Shown: one piece after another, positions 9,827 to 18,750 of the stretch | Layout of the letters: every line of letters starts with the position of its first letter | Position numbering within the stretch: position 1 is the first letter of the stretch | NCBI RefSeq assembly: GCF_001457595.1 | Contig: NZ_LN831039.1 | Coordinates: forward strand, 1,440,001 to 1,472,000 | Origin: Mycolicibacterium smegmatis | GTDB taxonomy: Bacteria > Actinomycetota > Actinomycetes > Mycobacteriales > Mycobacteriaceae | Length of the DNA stretch: 32,000 bases | Reading direction: 5' to 3' | Position numbers and translations under genes: made by a program | The notes under the pieces: model-generated | Told to the model about the DNA's origin: nothing | The model's input: the letters and a program-made list of their open reading frames with translations, nothing else | The model's database searches: none

Positions 9827-11731
9827 GTGGTCGCACCGCTAACGCTGCAGTCCAAGAAACGTGTGCATCCGGTCGACGAGGTACCTCCCGTCGGCAAGCT
9901 CGCCACGTACGGGTTCCAACATGTGGTGGCGTTCTATGCCGGTGCGGTGCTGGTGCCGATCCTGATCGCCAGCGCCATCGACCTGCCCACGCAGGACCTG
10001 GTCAAGCTGATCACCGCCGACCTGTTCACGTGCGGTATCGCCTCGATCATCCAGGCCGTCGGGTTCTGGAAAGTCGGTGTGAGACTGCCGTTGCTGCAGG
10101 GCGTGACTTTCACCGGGGTGTCACCGATCATCGCGATCGGCCTCGCGCACGGCGGTGGTGCCTCCAGCCTGCTCTACGTGTACGGCGCGGTGATCGTCGC
10201 GGGCATCTTCACGTTCCTGATCGCTCCGGTGTTCATCAAGTTGCTGCGGTTCTTCCCGCCCGTGGTCACCGGAACGCTGATCACGATCATCGGGCTCTGC
10301 CTGGTGCCCGTCGGCGCGCACGACGCGGTGACCAATCCACACACCGGCGAGGTCGATCCCACCAACCTGCGGTGGTTCCTCTACGCCCTGGGCACCATCG
10401 CCGTCATCGTCGCGATCCAGCGGATCTTCAGTGGATTCCTGGCCACCATTGCGGTGCTGCTCGGGCTGGTGATCGGCTGCGCGGTGGCATACGCCTTGGG
10501 CGACATGAACTTCGACGACGTCGCACAGGCGAACATGTTCGGCTTCACCCAGCCGTTCCTGTTCGGCATGCCCAAGTTCGACTTCGTCGCGTGCCTGACG
10601 ATGATCATCGTGCTGATGATCACCGCGGTCGAGTCCACGGGAAGCACGTATGCGACCGGTGAGATCGTCGGCAAGCGCGTCAAGGCCTCCGACATCGGCA
10701 ACGTGCTGCGCGCCGACGGCCTGGCCACCAGCATCGGCGGCGTCTTCAACTCGTTCCCCTACACCGCGTTCTCGGAGAACGTCGGCCTGGTCCGGCTGAC
10801 CGGGGTGAAGAGCCGCTGGGTGGTGGCCGCCGCCGGCGTGATCATGATCCTGCTGGGGTTCCTGCCCAAGGTCGCCGCCGTGGTGTCCTCGATACCCCAG
10901 CCCGTGCTGGGTGGCGCCGCGCTCACGCTGTTCGCGACGGTGGCCGTCGTCGGCATCCAGACGCTGGGCAAGGTGGACTTCACCGACCACCGCAACCTCA
11001 TCATCGTCACCACCAGCCTCGCCGCGGCGCTGTGGGTGACGTCGTATCCCGATGTGGCGCAAGCGCTCCCGGCCGGTATCGATCTGCTGTTCGGCAGCGG
11101 CATCAGCATCGGCGCGATCTCCGCGATCCTGCTCAACGTGGTGTTCTTCCACCTCGGCGGTCGCGGTGCGCGCGTGGCGGGCAGCGGCACCATCACCCTC
11201 GACGAGGTCAACGCCATGACCGAGCAGCGTTTCAAAGAGGTGTTCGGGCGTGTGGTGCAGAACGTGCCGTGGGTGCTGGAGCGGGTGTACACCAGCCGGC
11301 CGTTCACCGATACGAACGCGCTGCGACAGGCGTTCCAGGACGCCCTGCTAGCCGGTTCGGCCGATCAACAATTGGAGCTGGTGCGGGCATTCCCGGATCT
11401 GGGCGCCGAGGACGAGACAGGGCATGCGCTGGCCGTCGACCACGTCGCGCTGTCCAACCTCGACGAGGACGACCACAACGACGTCGTGCAACTGGCCACC
11501 GCGTACCGCGAACACTTCGGATTCCCGCTCATCATCTGCGCGCGCGAGACCCAGCATTTCGACCGGATCCTGCAGAACGGCTGGTCGCGGATCGACAACT
11601 CGCCGGCCGCGGAGAAGTCGTTCGCGCTGATCGAGATCGCCAAGATCGTCAAATACCGGTTCGACGACCTGGTGGCCGACGCCAACCCGATTGCGGCAGC
11701 ACGCTTCGGTCGCCTCACCGAACTCCGGTGA
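9827..11731 (+). CDS. NCS2 nucleobase (xanthine/urate) permease fused to a C-terminal divergent OHCU-decarboxylase-like domain
   Basis: 634 aa. Roughly the first 460 aa are a multi-TM NCS2 permease (HPVDEVPP..KL..YGFQHVVAFYAGAVLVP; FSENVGLV). The last roughly 165 aa align with the OHCU decarboxylase fold (...AFPDLGAED...YREHFGFPLIICARE...IEIAKIVKYRFDDL). Confidence 0.85.
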   Translation: MVAPLTLQSKKRVHPVDEVPPVGKLATYGFQHVVAFYAGAVLVPILIASAIDLPTQDLVKLITADLFTCGIASIIQAVGFWKVGVRLPLLQGVTFTGVSPIIAIGLAHGGGASSLLYVYGAVIVAGIFTFLIAPVFIKLLRFFPPVVTGTLITIIGLCLVPVGAHDAVTNPHTGEVDPTNLRWFLYALGTIAVIVAIQRIFSGFLATIAVLLGLVIGCAVAYALGDMNFDDVAQANMFGFTQPFLFGMPKFDFVACLTMIIVLMITAVESTGSTYATGEIVGKRVKASDIGNVLRADGLATSIGGVFNSFPYTAFSENVGLVRLTGVKSRWVVAAAGVIMILLGFLPKVAAVVSSIPQPVLGGAALTLFATVAVVGIQTLGKVDFTDHRNLIIVTTSLAAALWVTSYPDVAQALPAGIDLLFGSGISIGAISAILLNVVFFHLGGRGARVAGSGTITLDEVNAMTEQRFKEVFGRVVQNVPWVLERVYTSRPFTDTNALRQAFQDALLAGSADQQLELVRAFPDLGAEDETGHALAVDHVALSNLDEDDHNDVVQLATAYREHFGFPLIICARETQHFDRILQNGWSRIDNSPAAEKSFALIEIAKIVKYRFDDLVADANPIAAARFGRLTELR

Positions 11732-11732
11732 C

Positions 11733-12239
11733 ATGACCGGCCGCACACTCACCATCGCCGATTTCAATGAGCTCAGCGACCGCCAGCGGATGCACGTGCT
11801 GTTCGACGTGTGCACGTCCACGATCTGGGCCCGGCGGGTACTGGCCGGGGGACCGTTCCCCGACGTGGACGCGCTGCTGGACCGCGCCGACCGGGTGCTC
11901 GCCGAACTGCCCGACGCCGAGATCGACGAAGCGCTCGACGGGCACCCGCGCATCGGCGGCCGCGTCGACAACCCGTCCTCGGCGCGCGAACAGGCGGGCG
12001 TGGCTGACGCCGACGCGGCCGTTCGCGCCGAGCTGGCCGAGAAGAACCGTGTCTACGAGGACACGTTCGGGTACGTCTACCTGGTGTGTGCCAGCGGCCG
12101 CTCCGCCGAGGAACTTCTCGCGATCCTGACCGAGCGCCTGGAGAATGACCCGGAAACCGAACGCCGAGTCATGCGCAACGAGCTGGCGAAGATCAACCGG
12201 CTGCGGCTGCAACGCCTGTTCGCTGAGGGGGAGACATGA
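11733..12239 (+). CDS. uraD: 2-oxo-4-hydroxy-4-carboxy-5-ureidoimidazoline (OHCU) decarboxylase
   Basis: In-frame ATG 11733 lies 2 nt after the permease stop. The motifs GHPRIGG, SSAREQAGV, FGYVYLVCASGRS and the C-terminal INRLRL are canonical for OHCU decarboxylase. Confidence 0.85.
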   Translation: MTGRTLTIADFNELSDRQRMHVLFDVCTSTIWARRVLAGGPFPDVDALLDRADRVLAELPDAEIDEALDGHPRIGGRVDNPSSAREQAGVADADAAVRAELAEKNRVYEDTFGYVYLVCASGRSAEELLAILTERLENDPETERRVMRNELAKINRLRLQRLFAEGET

Positions 12240-12553
12240 CACATATCAGCACCCACGTGCTCGACACCGTCACCGGGCGTCCGGCCGAGGGAGTTCCCGT
12301 CACGTTCAGCGACGCCGAGGGCACCGTGCTGGCACAGGGCACCACCGACAGCGACGGCCGCATCCCCGACCTGTACACCGGACCGGCGTCGGGAATCCAC
12401 CGGTTACGTTTCGACACCGCAACGTATTTCGCTGCACAGCAGGTGAGTAGCCTGTACCCGGAGGTCGTGGTCGCGCTGGACATCACCGGCGCCAAGTACC
12501 ACGTGCCGCTGCTCCTGGCGCCCTTCGCCTATTCGACGTACCGAGGAAGCTGA
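12236..12553 (+). CDS. uraH: 5-hydroxyisourate hydrolase (transthyretin-like)
   Basis: 105 aa. It has STHVLD at the N-terminus and the diagnostic C-terminal YRGS. An ATGA overlap joins it to uraD. Confidence 0.9.
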   Translation: MTHISTHVLDTVTGRPAEGVPVTFSDAEGTVLAQGTTDSDGRIPDLYTGPASGIHRLRFDTATYFAAQQVSSLYPEVVVALDITGAKYHVPLLLAPFAYSTYRGS

Positions 12554-12554
12554 T

Positions 12555-13454
12555 ATGTCCGACATCATCCTGGGCAAGAACCAGTACGGGAAGGCCGAGA
12601 ACCGCGTCGTGCGGATCTACCGCGACAGCCCGCGGCACGAGATCCGCGACCTCAACGTCTCAACCTGCCTGCGCGGCGATTTCAGCGGCGCGCACCTCAC
12701 GGGCGATCAGTCGCAGGTGCTGCCCACCGACAGCCAGAAGCAGACCGCGTACGCCTACGCCAAACAACCCGGCATCACGACCATCGAGGAGTACGGGCTG
12801 GCGCTCGCCCGCCACTTCGTCGATGACGTCGAACCCGTCGCTGCGGCGCGCATCGAGATCGACGAATATGCCTGGGAGCGTGTGGTTGTCGACGGTACCG
12901 AACACGACCACACCTGGATCCGCAAAGGTCAGGAGACCCGCACCGCGGCCGTGACGGTCGACGCGGACGGCGCCTGGATCGTCGGCGGCCTGAAAGACCT
13001 GGTGATCCTGAAGTCCACCGGATCGGAGTTCGCCGGATTCCTCACCGACGAGTACACGGTCCTCGAACCCACCCACGACCGCGTGATGGCGACCTCGCTG
13101 ATCGCGCAGTGGCGGTTCACCACCACCGACGCCGACTGGGACGCCATCTACACCGGGGTCAAGGCGCATTTGGTCGAACAGTTCGCGGTGCTGCAGTCGA
13201 AGGCATTGCAGCAGACGCTGTTCCACATGGGCAAGGCCGTGCTGGAGAGCTACCCGATGATCGCCGAGGTGCGCCTGTCCGCACCCAACAAGCACCACTT
13301 CGCCTACGACCTGTCGCGGTTCGGGCTGGAGAACAACAACGAGGTGTTCCACGCCGACGACCGCCCGTACGGCCTGATCCAGGCCACCGTCACCCGCGAC
13401 GACGCGCCGCCGCCCGGACCGGCATGGGATCTGCAGCAGGGCTGGCTCGCGTGA
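12555..13454 (+). CDS. uox: Urate oxidase (cofactor-independent uricase)
   Basis: 299 aa. LGKNQYGKAENRVVRI, HEIRDLNVS..LRGDF, LKSTGSEFAGF, SLPNKHH-like APNKHHF and DRPYGLIQATV match actinobacterial uricases such as the Arthrobacter type. Confidence 0.9.
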   Translation: MSDIILGKNQYGKAENRVVRIYRDSPRHEIRDLNVSTCLRGDFSGAHLTGDQSQVLPTDSQKQTAYAYAKQPGITTIEEYGLALARHFVDDVEPVAAARIEIDEYAWERVVVDGTEHDHTWIRKGQETRTAAVTVDADGAWIVGGLKDLVILKSTGSEFAGFLTDEYTVLEPTHDRVMATSLIAQWRFTTTDADWDAIYTGVKAHLVEQFAVLQSKALQQTLFHMGKAVLESYPMIAEVRLSAPNKHHFAYDLSRFGLENNNEVFHADDRPYGLIQATVTRDDAPPPGPAWDLQQGWLA

Positions 13455-13470
13455 CGCGCTGGGGGACACC

Positions 13471-14829
13471 GTGGCGAGGCTGGTGATCGACGGCGCCGCG
13501 ATCGCCACCGTCGACGCAGCGCACACCGAACACAACCGCGGGTACATCGTCGTCGACGACAACATCATCACCGCGGTCGGCGCGGGCCCGGCGCCCGAGG
13601 TGCCCGGCGCCAAGACCATCGATGCGCGGGGGTGCCTGGCCACACCGGGCCTGGTGAACACCCACCACCACCTGTATCAGTGGATCACCCGTGGCCACGC
13701 GCAGGACGGCACGCTCTTCGAATGGCTGACCACGCTGTACCCCCTGTGGAGCCACCTGGACGCCGACCTGGAGTACGTCGCCGCCAGTGCGGCACTCGCG
13801 GCGCTCGCACTGTCCGGGTGCACCACGACCACCGACCACCACTACGTGTTCCCCCGCGGCGGCGGTGATGTGCTCGGAGCGGAAATCGCTGCCGCACAAC
13901 GCATAGGGCTGCGCTTTCACCCCACCCGCGGCTCGATGGACCTGGGCGCCTCGGCAGGCGGACTGCCGCCCGACAACGTGGTCGAGGACATCGACGCCAT
14001 CCTCGCGGCAGGTCAGGACGCCGTGAGCGCGCATCACGACCCCTCGTTCGGGTCGATGTGCAGAATCGCGCTGGCCCCGTGCTCGCCGTTCTCGGTGAGC
14101 GGCGAGTTGATGCGGGAGTCCGCGGCTCTGGCCCGCGAGCTCGGCGTGCGGCTGCACACCCACATCGCCGAAACCACCGACGAAGAGCAGTTCTGCCTCG
14201 AGCGCTTCGGCGCACGTCCCGTCGACTACGTCGAATCGCTGGGCTGGCTGGGCGACGACGTCTGGTTTGCGCACGGTGTGCACCTCTCGGCGTCTGACAT
14301 CGCCAAGCTCGCGCAGACCGGCACGGGGGTGGCGCACTGCCCGAGCTCCAACGCGCGCCTGGGTGCGGGCACCGCACCGATCCCCGAACTGTTGGCCGCG
14401 GGCGTGCCCGTGGGCCTGGGTGTCGACGGCGTGGCCTCCAACGAGCACGGCGGCCTGGGCGGCGAGCTGAGGCAGGCGCTGCTGATGGCGCGCAACCGCT
14501 TGGAGCCGACGGCGATCACTGCGCGACAAGTACTGCAAGCGGGCACAATCGGCGGTGCCCGGTGCCTCGGCCGTGACCGCGAACTGGGCTCGCTCGAACC
14601 CGGCAAGCTGGCCGACATCGCGCTGTGGCGGGTGGACGGCCTGGGCCACGCCGACATCGACGACCCCGTGTGCGCGCTGGTGTTCGGGCCGCCCGCGCCG
14701 CTGCGGTTGCTGCTGGTCAACGGCGTCCCCGTGGTCGCCGACGATGAGTTGCGCACGGCCGATACGGCGACGTTGGCGGGTGATGCCCGCGACGCGGCCC
14801 GCACACTGCGAGCGCGGGCCGGAACATGA
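13471..14829 (+). CDS. Amidohydrolase, 8-oxoguanine deaminase-like
   Basis: 452 aa with a GTG start. PGLVNTHHHLYQ is the metal-binding HxH motif, and HIAET and FAHGVH motifs are present. The family assignment is from memory of this subgroup of cytosine/guanine-deaminase-like amidohydrolases. Confidence 0.75.
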   Translation: MARLVIDGAAIATVDAAHTEHNRGYIVVDDNIITAVGAGPAPEVPGAKTIDARGCLATPGLVNTHHHLYQWITRGHAQDGTLFEWLTTLYPLWSHLDADLEYVAASAALAALALSGCTTTTDHHYVFPRGGGDVLGAEIAAAQRIGLRFHPTRGSMDLGASAGGLPPDNVVEDIDAILAAGQDAVSAHHDPSFGSMCRIALAPCSPFSVSGELMRESAALARELGVRLHTHIAETTDEEQFCLERFGARPVDYVESLGWLGDDVWFAHGVHLSASDIAKLAQTGTGVAHCPSSNARLGAGTAPIPELLAAGVPVGLGVDGVASNEHGGLGGELRQALLMARNRLEPTAITARQVLQAGTIGGARCLGRDRELGSLEPGKLADIALWRVDGLGHADIDDPVCALVFGPPAPLRLLLVNGVPVVADDELRTADTATLAGDARDAARTLRARAGT

Positions 14830-16160
14830 CGACCTACCGCGGGCACCTGATCCACATCGGCGGTGCGCCGCGACTTGCCGACGCCGCGCAGTGCCTGGTG
14901 AACGAACCCGACGGCGCCATCGTGGTCGACGACACCGGGCGGATCACCTACAGCGGTCCGTTCGACGCGCGGCCCGACGGCGGTGCGGTGGTTGATCTGC
15001 GGCCTGCGTTCCTGCTGCCGGGATTCGTCGACACGCACATCCATTTCCCGCAGACCTACTGCACCGACTCCTACGGCGGCGGCCAGTTGCTGGACTGGTT
15101 GTCGCGCTGCATCTTTCCCGCCGAGGCGAAGCTCGCCGATCCTGCGTACGCGCAGCGGGTCGCGCAGGACTTCTGCCGTCGCCGGATCAGCGTCGGGACG
15201 ACCACCGCGCTGGTGTTCGGGTCGGCGTTCTCACACGCGCAGGACGCATTGTTCCGTGAGTCGATCCGGACCGGGCTGCGGACCATCTCGGGGCGGGGGA
15301 TTCAGACCGTGGGCCCGCCGTCGGCCGAGCCGTTGCTCACCGACGAGGCGACGGCCATCTCGTTGGTGGCCGAGGAAATCGTCCGATGGCACGCCGCCGA
15401 CACCGGTGATCCGGCGACGGCGCTGGTGCACGCCGCGGTGGTGCCGCGGTTCGCGCTGTCGGTGACCACCCAGACCCTGCATGCGCTCGGCGAACTCTAC
15501 GACTCGGTCCGCGACCGCGGCGTGTACTTCCACACCCACCTCAACGAGAACATCGACGAGGTCGCCGCGGTTCGCGAAACCTACGGTGTGCAAAGCTACC
15601 TGGACACCTACGACGCGATCGGCAAGACCCTGCTGGGGCCACGCAGTGTGCTGGCACATGCTGTGCACTGCACACGCGATGAACTGGCGCGGATGGCCGA
15701 CACCGGCACGTCGATCGCGCATTGCCCCACCTCGCAGCTGTTCCTCGGCAGCGGCGTCATGCCGTGGCGGGCGACGGTGGGAAGCGGGGTGAATGTCGCC
15801 CTCGGAACTGATGTGAGCGCGGGCGACGAGTGGCTGATACCGCGCGTGCTCAACGACTGCTTCAAGGTGCACATGTCCGAACCGGGCGATCAGGCCGTGG
15901 CGCTGCATCCGGCCGAGCTGCTGTTCACCGCGACGCTCGCCGGCGCGCGGGCCCTTGCGCTGGAGGACCGCATCGGTAACCTCGACGCCGGCAAGGAGGC
16001 CGACTTCGTGGTGGTCGACCCGCACCGCCAGGAACTGCTGGCCGAATCCCTTTCCCAGATCGACGAATACGACCGTGACGCACAGTTGTTCACGCTGCTG
16101 ATGGGCATGCGGGAACAGGCTGTGGTCCAGGTCTACGTGAAAGGCCGCAAGCTCAACTGA
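14826..16160 (+). CDS. guaD: Guanine deaminase
   Basis: 444 aa. PGFVDTHIHFPQ, HLNEN, LAHAVH and LGTDV motifs are present, and the length is typical. An ATGA overlap joins it to the upstream amidohydrolase. Confidence 0.85.
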   Translation: MTTYRGHLIHIGGAPRLADAAQCLVNEPDGAIVVDDTGRITYSGPFDARPDGGAVVDLRPAFLLPGFVDTHIHFPQTYCTDSYGGGQLLDWLSRCIFPAEAKLADPAYAQRVAQDFCRRRISVGTTTALVFGSAFSHAQDALFRESIRTGLRTISGRGIQTVGPPSAEPLLTDEATAISLVAEEIVRWHAADTGDPATALVHAAVVPRFALSVTTQTLHALGELYDSVRDRGVYFHTHLNENIDEVAAVRETYGVQSYLDTYDAIGKTLLGPRSVLAHAVHCTRDELARMADTGTSIAHCPTSQLFLGSGVMPWRATVGSGVNVALGTDVSAGDEWLIPRVLNDCFKVHMSEPGDQAVALHPAELLFTATLAGARALALEDRIGNLDAGKEADFVVVDPHRQELLAESLSQIDEYDRDAQLFTLLMGMREQAVVQVYVKGRKLN

Positions 16161-16304
16161 CCTACTGCTGCGGTTGCGGGCATGCGCGAGCGGGCTTATG
16201 TTGCGAATACCCGAGTTCAACGTGATACGACGTCCCCAGCAGGGCGGGATACGGACACCTCCGGGCCGTACGACTGTGAAGTCACCACGCCAAAGGAGTT
16301 CGCC

Positions 16305-17363
16305 ATGAGCAGTTTTCGGGTGCCGGCCATCGACATCAGCCCCTACGTGACGCATGGGTCCGCGTCGTCAAGGGCCACGGTCGCCGCTGATATGGACCAC
16401 GCGTGCAGCACCGTGGGTTTCGTCCAGATTCACGGCCACGGCATCGATCCCGGAGTGATCGCCGGTCTCACCGACGCCGCCGATGCGTTCTTCGGACTGC
16501 CGCTCGCCGAAAAGAACAGGTGGCGTCGTCCGGCGTCGGAGAACCGCGGGTACAGTCCGCCGAAATCCGAATCGTTGCGGCTGAGCCTGGACGCGGCGTC
16601 GACCAACAACATGAACGACTTCTTCGAGGCGTTCAACGTGGGCCGCTCGCTGGATGATTACCCGAACGTCCCCGACGACGTGCGGCATCACTACGCCACG
16701 AACACCTGGCCGGACGTCGACGGATTCGACAGCGCGGTGTGGGCGTACTTCGGTGAAGCCGAACGGGTCGCGACGACCATGACCACGATCTTCGCCGACG
16801 CGCTGCACCTCCCCGTCGACTACTTCACGAGCCGCACCGGTCACTCGGTCAACACGTTGCGGATCAACAACTATGCGCTACCCGAGGACACCCGAGTTCC
16901 CACCGACGGTGAGTTGATCGGCATGGGTGAGCACACCGATTACGGCATCGTCACCGTGCTGTGGGCCGATCAGGCTCCAGGTTTGCAGATCCTCGGCAGC
17001 GACGGCGCCTGGCACGACGTCAGACCGGACGACGGCGCGTTGCTGATCAACCTCGGCGATCTCACCGCGCGGCTCACCAACGAACGCTGGTTGTCCACGC
17101 TGCACCGGGTGCGGCCGCCGGTGGTCGACGGACGAGTGCAACGGCGTCGCTCCGCGGCGTTCTTTTTCGACGCGAACGCCGACGCCGTCATCGCGCCCCA
17201 CCCGTCGTTCGTCGACGCGTCGCGTCCTGCGCTGTACGAACCGGTCACGGTCGACGAGCATCTGCGCGCCAAACTGGCGGGTTCGCGCATCGGGATTCCC
17301 AACACCGCAGCCGAACGCGAATCGGCCCGGTTGCACGCCTCGAGCTCGTCGGGCGCGCAGTAA
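16305..17363 (+). CDS. 2-oxoglutarate/Fe(II)-dependent oxygenase (IPNS/ACC-oxidase-like)
   Basis: In-frame ATG 16305 is preceded by AAGGAG (16293-16298). The protein starts MSSFRVPAIDISPY... The facial triad is HTDYG...H (LSTLHRV), followed by RRSAAFF (R-x-S). Confidence 0.8.
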   Translation: MSSFRVPAIDISPYVTHGSASSRATVAADMDHACSTVGFVQIHGHGIDPGVIAGLTDAADAFFGLPLAEKNRWRRPASENRGYSPPKSESLRLSLDAASTNNMNDFFEAFNVGRSLDDYPNVPDDVRHHYATNTWPDVDGFDSAVWAYFGEAERVATTMTTIFADALHLPVDYFTSRTGHSVNTLRINNYALPEDTRVPTDGELIGMGEHTDYGIVTVLWADQAPGLQILGSDGAWHDVRPDDGALLINLGDLTARLTNERWLSTLHRVRPPVVDGRVQRRRSAAFFFDANADAVIAPHPSFVDASRPALYEPVTVDEHLRAKLAGSRIGIPNTAAERESARLHASSSSGAQ

Positions 17364-17493
17364 GGGTGCGCCGGGGAGATATTTGAACCCGGCAAATTAG
17401 CCGAATCCACCGTTCGTACGACTGTGCGGCGAGTACGGTGCGCTATACCGTTGCGTTTGCAACGCCGGCTTTCAGACGTACCTGGAGGGGTGT

Positions 17494-17886
17494 ATGTCGA
17501 AGGGCTTCCGCCTGCAGTATCCCTGCGGATCCGGTGTACTGCTGTTGGTGGGCCTGGGCATAGGAGTTGCCCGCGTTCGGGAGAGCAGTTCGACCAAGCC
17601 GAGGAAGTTCGATCGACGCGCCGTCGGGCAGGTTGTCACTGCCGCGCGCCGGATCGTCGGCTCCTACGCAGAATTGCCGACCCAGTACGTCGATGCCCAC
17701 GGTCACGCGTACTCGACGAACCTTCCCGCGTCGCAAGCATGTTCGATTCCCGTGGCGCCCCGATGTGAACATGCCCTGCTGCCGCGCGTCGTCGAGGATG
17801 GCGCGTCGGCCGGCCGGCTGGTCCTGAAATCGACGTGGAACGTCGAACCGGCGCGGGATCGTGCCGTGGTGGAGCAGTCCGCGTAG
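17494..17886 (+). CDS. Hypothetical 130-aa protein with a hydrophobic N-terminal segment (signal or anchor)
   Basis: The ATG is preceded by GGAGGGG. Third-codon-position G/C is high when counted by hand, consistent with coding. The N-terminus is MSKGFRLQYPCGSGVLLLVGLGIGVAR. I recognise no family. Confidence 0.45.
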   Translation: MSKGFRLQYPCGSGVLLLVGLGIGVARVRESSSTKPRKFDRRAVGQVVTAARRIVGSYAELPTQYVDAHGHAYSTNLPASQACSIPVAPRCEHALLPRVVEDGASAGRLVLKSTWNVEPARDRAVVEQSA

Positions 17887-17999
17887 ATCGCGCACATCTG
17901 GCGCCCTGAGCAGGGCGAACACCAACTTGTCGGTGCCCTCTGTCAATCTGTTCGGCTCGCAACCGTGCGGGCGACGAACGACAGATTGGGGGAACTGCC

Positions 18000-18335
18000 A
18001 TGACCGCCTGCTCGGCGCGAATGCCTTTGAACGGACATCGGCCCAACAGCCACATCGAGGCCCTGACGGCGTCGGTGTGCCCGGAGCCCACGCGACCCGC
18101 ACGCCCTGCGCGCGTGGAGCTTTCGGCCCGCGAACAGGAGATCCTGATCGCGTGGCTGAAATCCGACAGCAAGACCGAGGTCGGAAAGGCGCTGCACCTC
18201 GCACCCGGCACGGTGCGCACGTACCTGCAGCGCATCCGCGACAAGTACGAGCGCGCCGGGCGTCCCGCCCGCACCAAGGCCGCGCTCGTGGCGCGGGCGA
18301 TCCAGGACGGCTACGTCGATGTGGCGGACCTGTGA
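18000..18335 (+). CDS. Small LuxR/GerE-type HTH transcriptional regulator
   Basis: 111 aa. LSAREQEILIAWLKSDSKTEVGKALHLAPGTVRTYLQRIRDKY is a GerE-type HTH, and there is no receiver or ligand domain. The start is uncertain (ATG 18000 or the downstream GTG at VELSAREQ). Confidence 0.75.
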   Translation: MTACSARMPLNGHRPNSHIEALTASVCPEPTRPARPARVELSAREQEILIAWLKSDSKTEVGKALHLAPGTVRTYLQRIRDKYERAGRPARTKAALVARAIQDGYVDVADL

Positions 18336-18577
18336 TGCGGGTGCACATTCTCCGGGCCGACGACTGGACGGCCGGTGTGATCACACTGCTGGCGCCCGCG
18401 TAACCATGCCGGCCGTGGCGTCACCCGGTTGGGGGCGCCCGGCTGCCGGAGGCTTTCCACATCCACACGGTGGACCCGTTGCCGCGTGTCGGTCCTCATC
18501 AGCCGCTACGCAACTCCGCCCGCGTTGATTGCCGAGACCTCGTGCAAGAGAGCGGGTTTCGATCATAGGTGGATTTT

Positions 18578-18745
18578 ATGTTCGCACAGCATCCCGAATG
18601 TCCGGCGTGTGGCGGCCGGCAGACCACGAAGCTGGTGTACGGCATGCCGGTCGACACCGACTCGTGGGATCCGTGGCTGTACCCGGCCGGATGCTGCGTC
18701 ATGCCCCAGCAATGGCGCTGTGAGGTCTGTGATCACGAATGGTGA
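18578..18745 (+). CDS. Untracked 55-aa zinc-ribbon protein
   Basis: Hand translation: MFAQHPECPACGGRQTTKLVYGMPVDTDSWDPWLYPAGCCVMPQQWRCEVCDHEW. It has CxxC...CxxC pairs, AGGTGG about 5 nt upstream of the ATG, and high GC3. It falls below the ORF-track length cutoff. Confidence 0.55.
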   Translation: MFAQHPECPACGGRQTTKLVYGMPVDTDSWDPWLYPAGCCVMPQQWRCEVCDHEW

Positions 18746-18750
18746 TGCCC

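Noticed and set aside
17902-17988. Short hairpins after the 130-aa ORF (CGCCCTG-AG-CAGGGCG) and upstream of the LuxR gene (CAATCTG..TTCG / CGAA..CAGATTG)
   Set aside because: The first has an impossibly small loop and no T-tract. The second is imperfect, with a 3-nt bulge. Neither is distinguishable from chance in GC-rich DNA.
18335-18403. A 22-aa micro-ORF (MRVHILRADDWTAGVITLLAPA) overlapping the LuxR stop as TGATG
   Set aside because: It is too short and featureless to support from sequence alone. It is only the tail of a long spurious track ORF. It would be worth a glance in Ribo-seq data only.
18540-18575. GGGTTTCGATC resembling a tRNA T-arm or att-site remnant upstream of the zinc-ribbon ORF
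   Set aside because: There is no acceptor-stem complement, no anticodon-arm structure and no GGTTCGAATCC consensus. It is probably a chance similarity.
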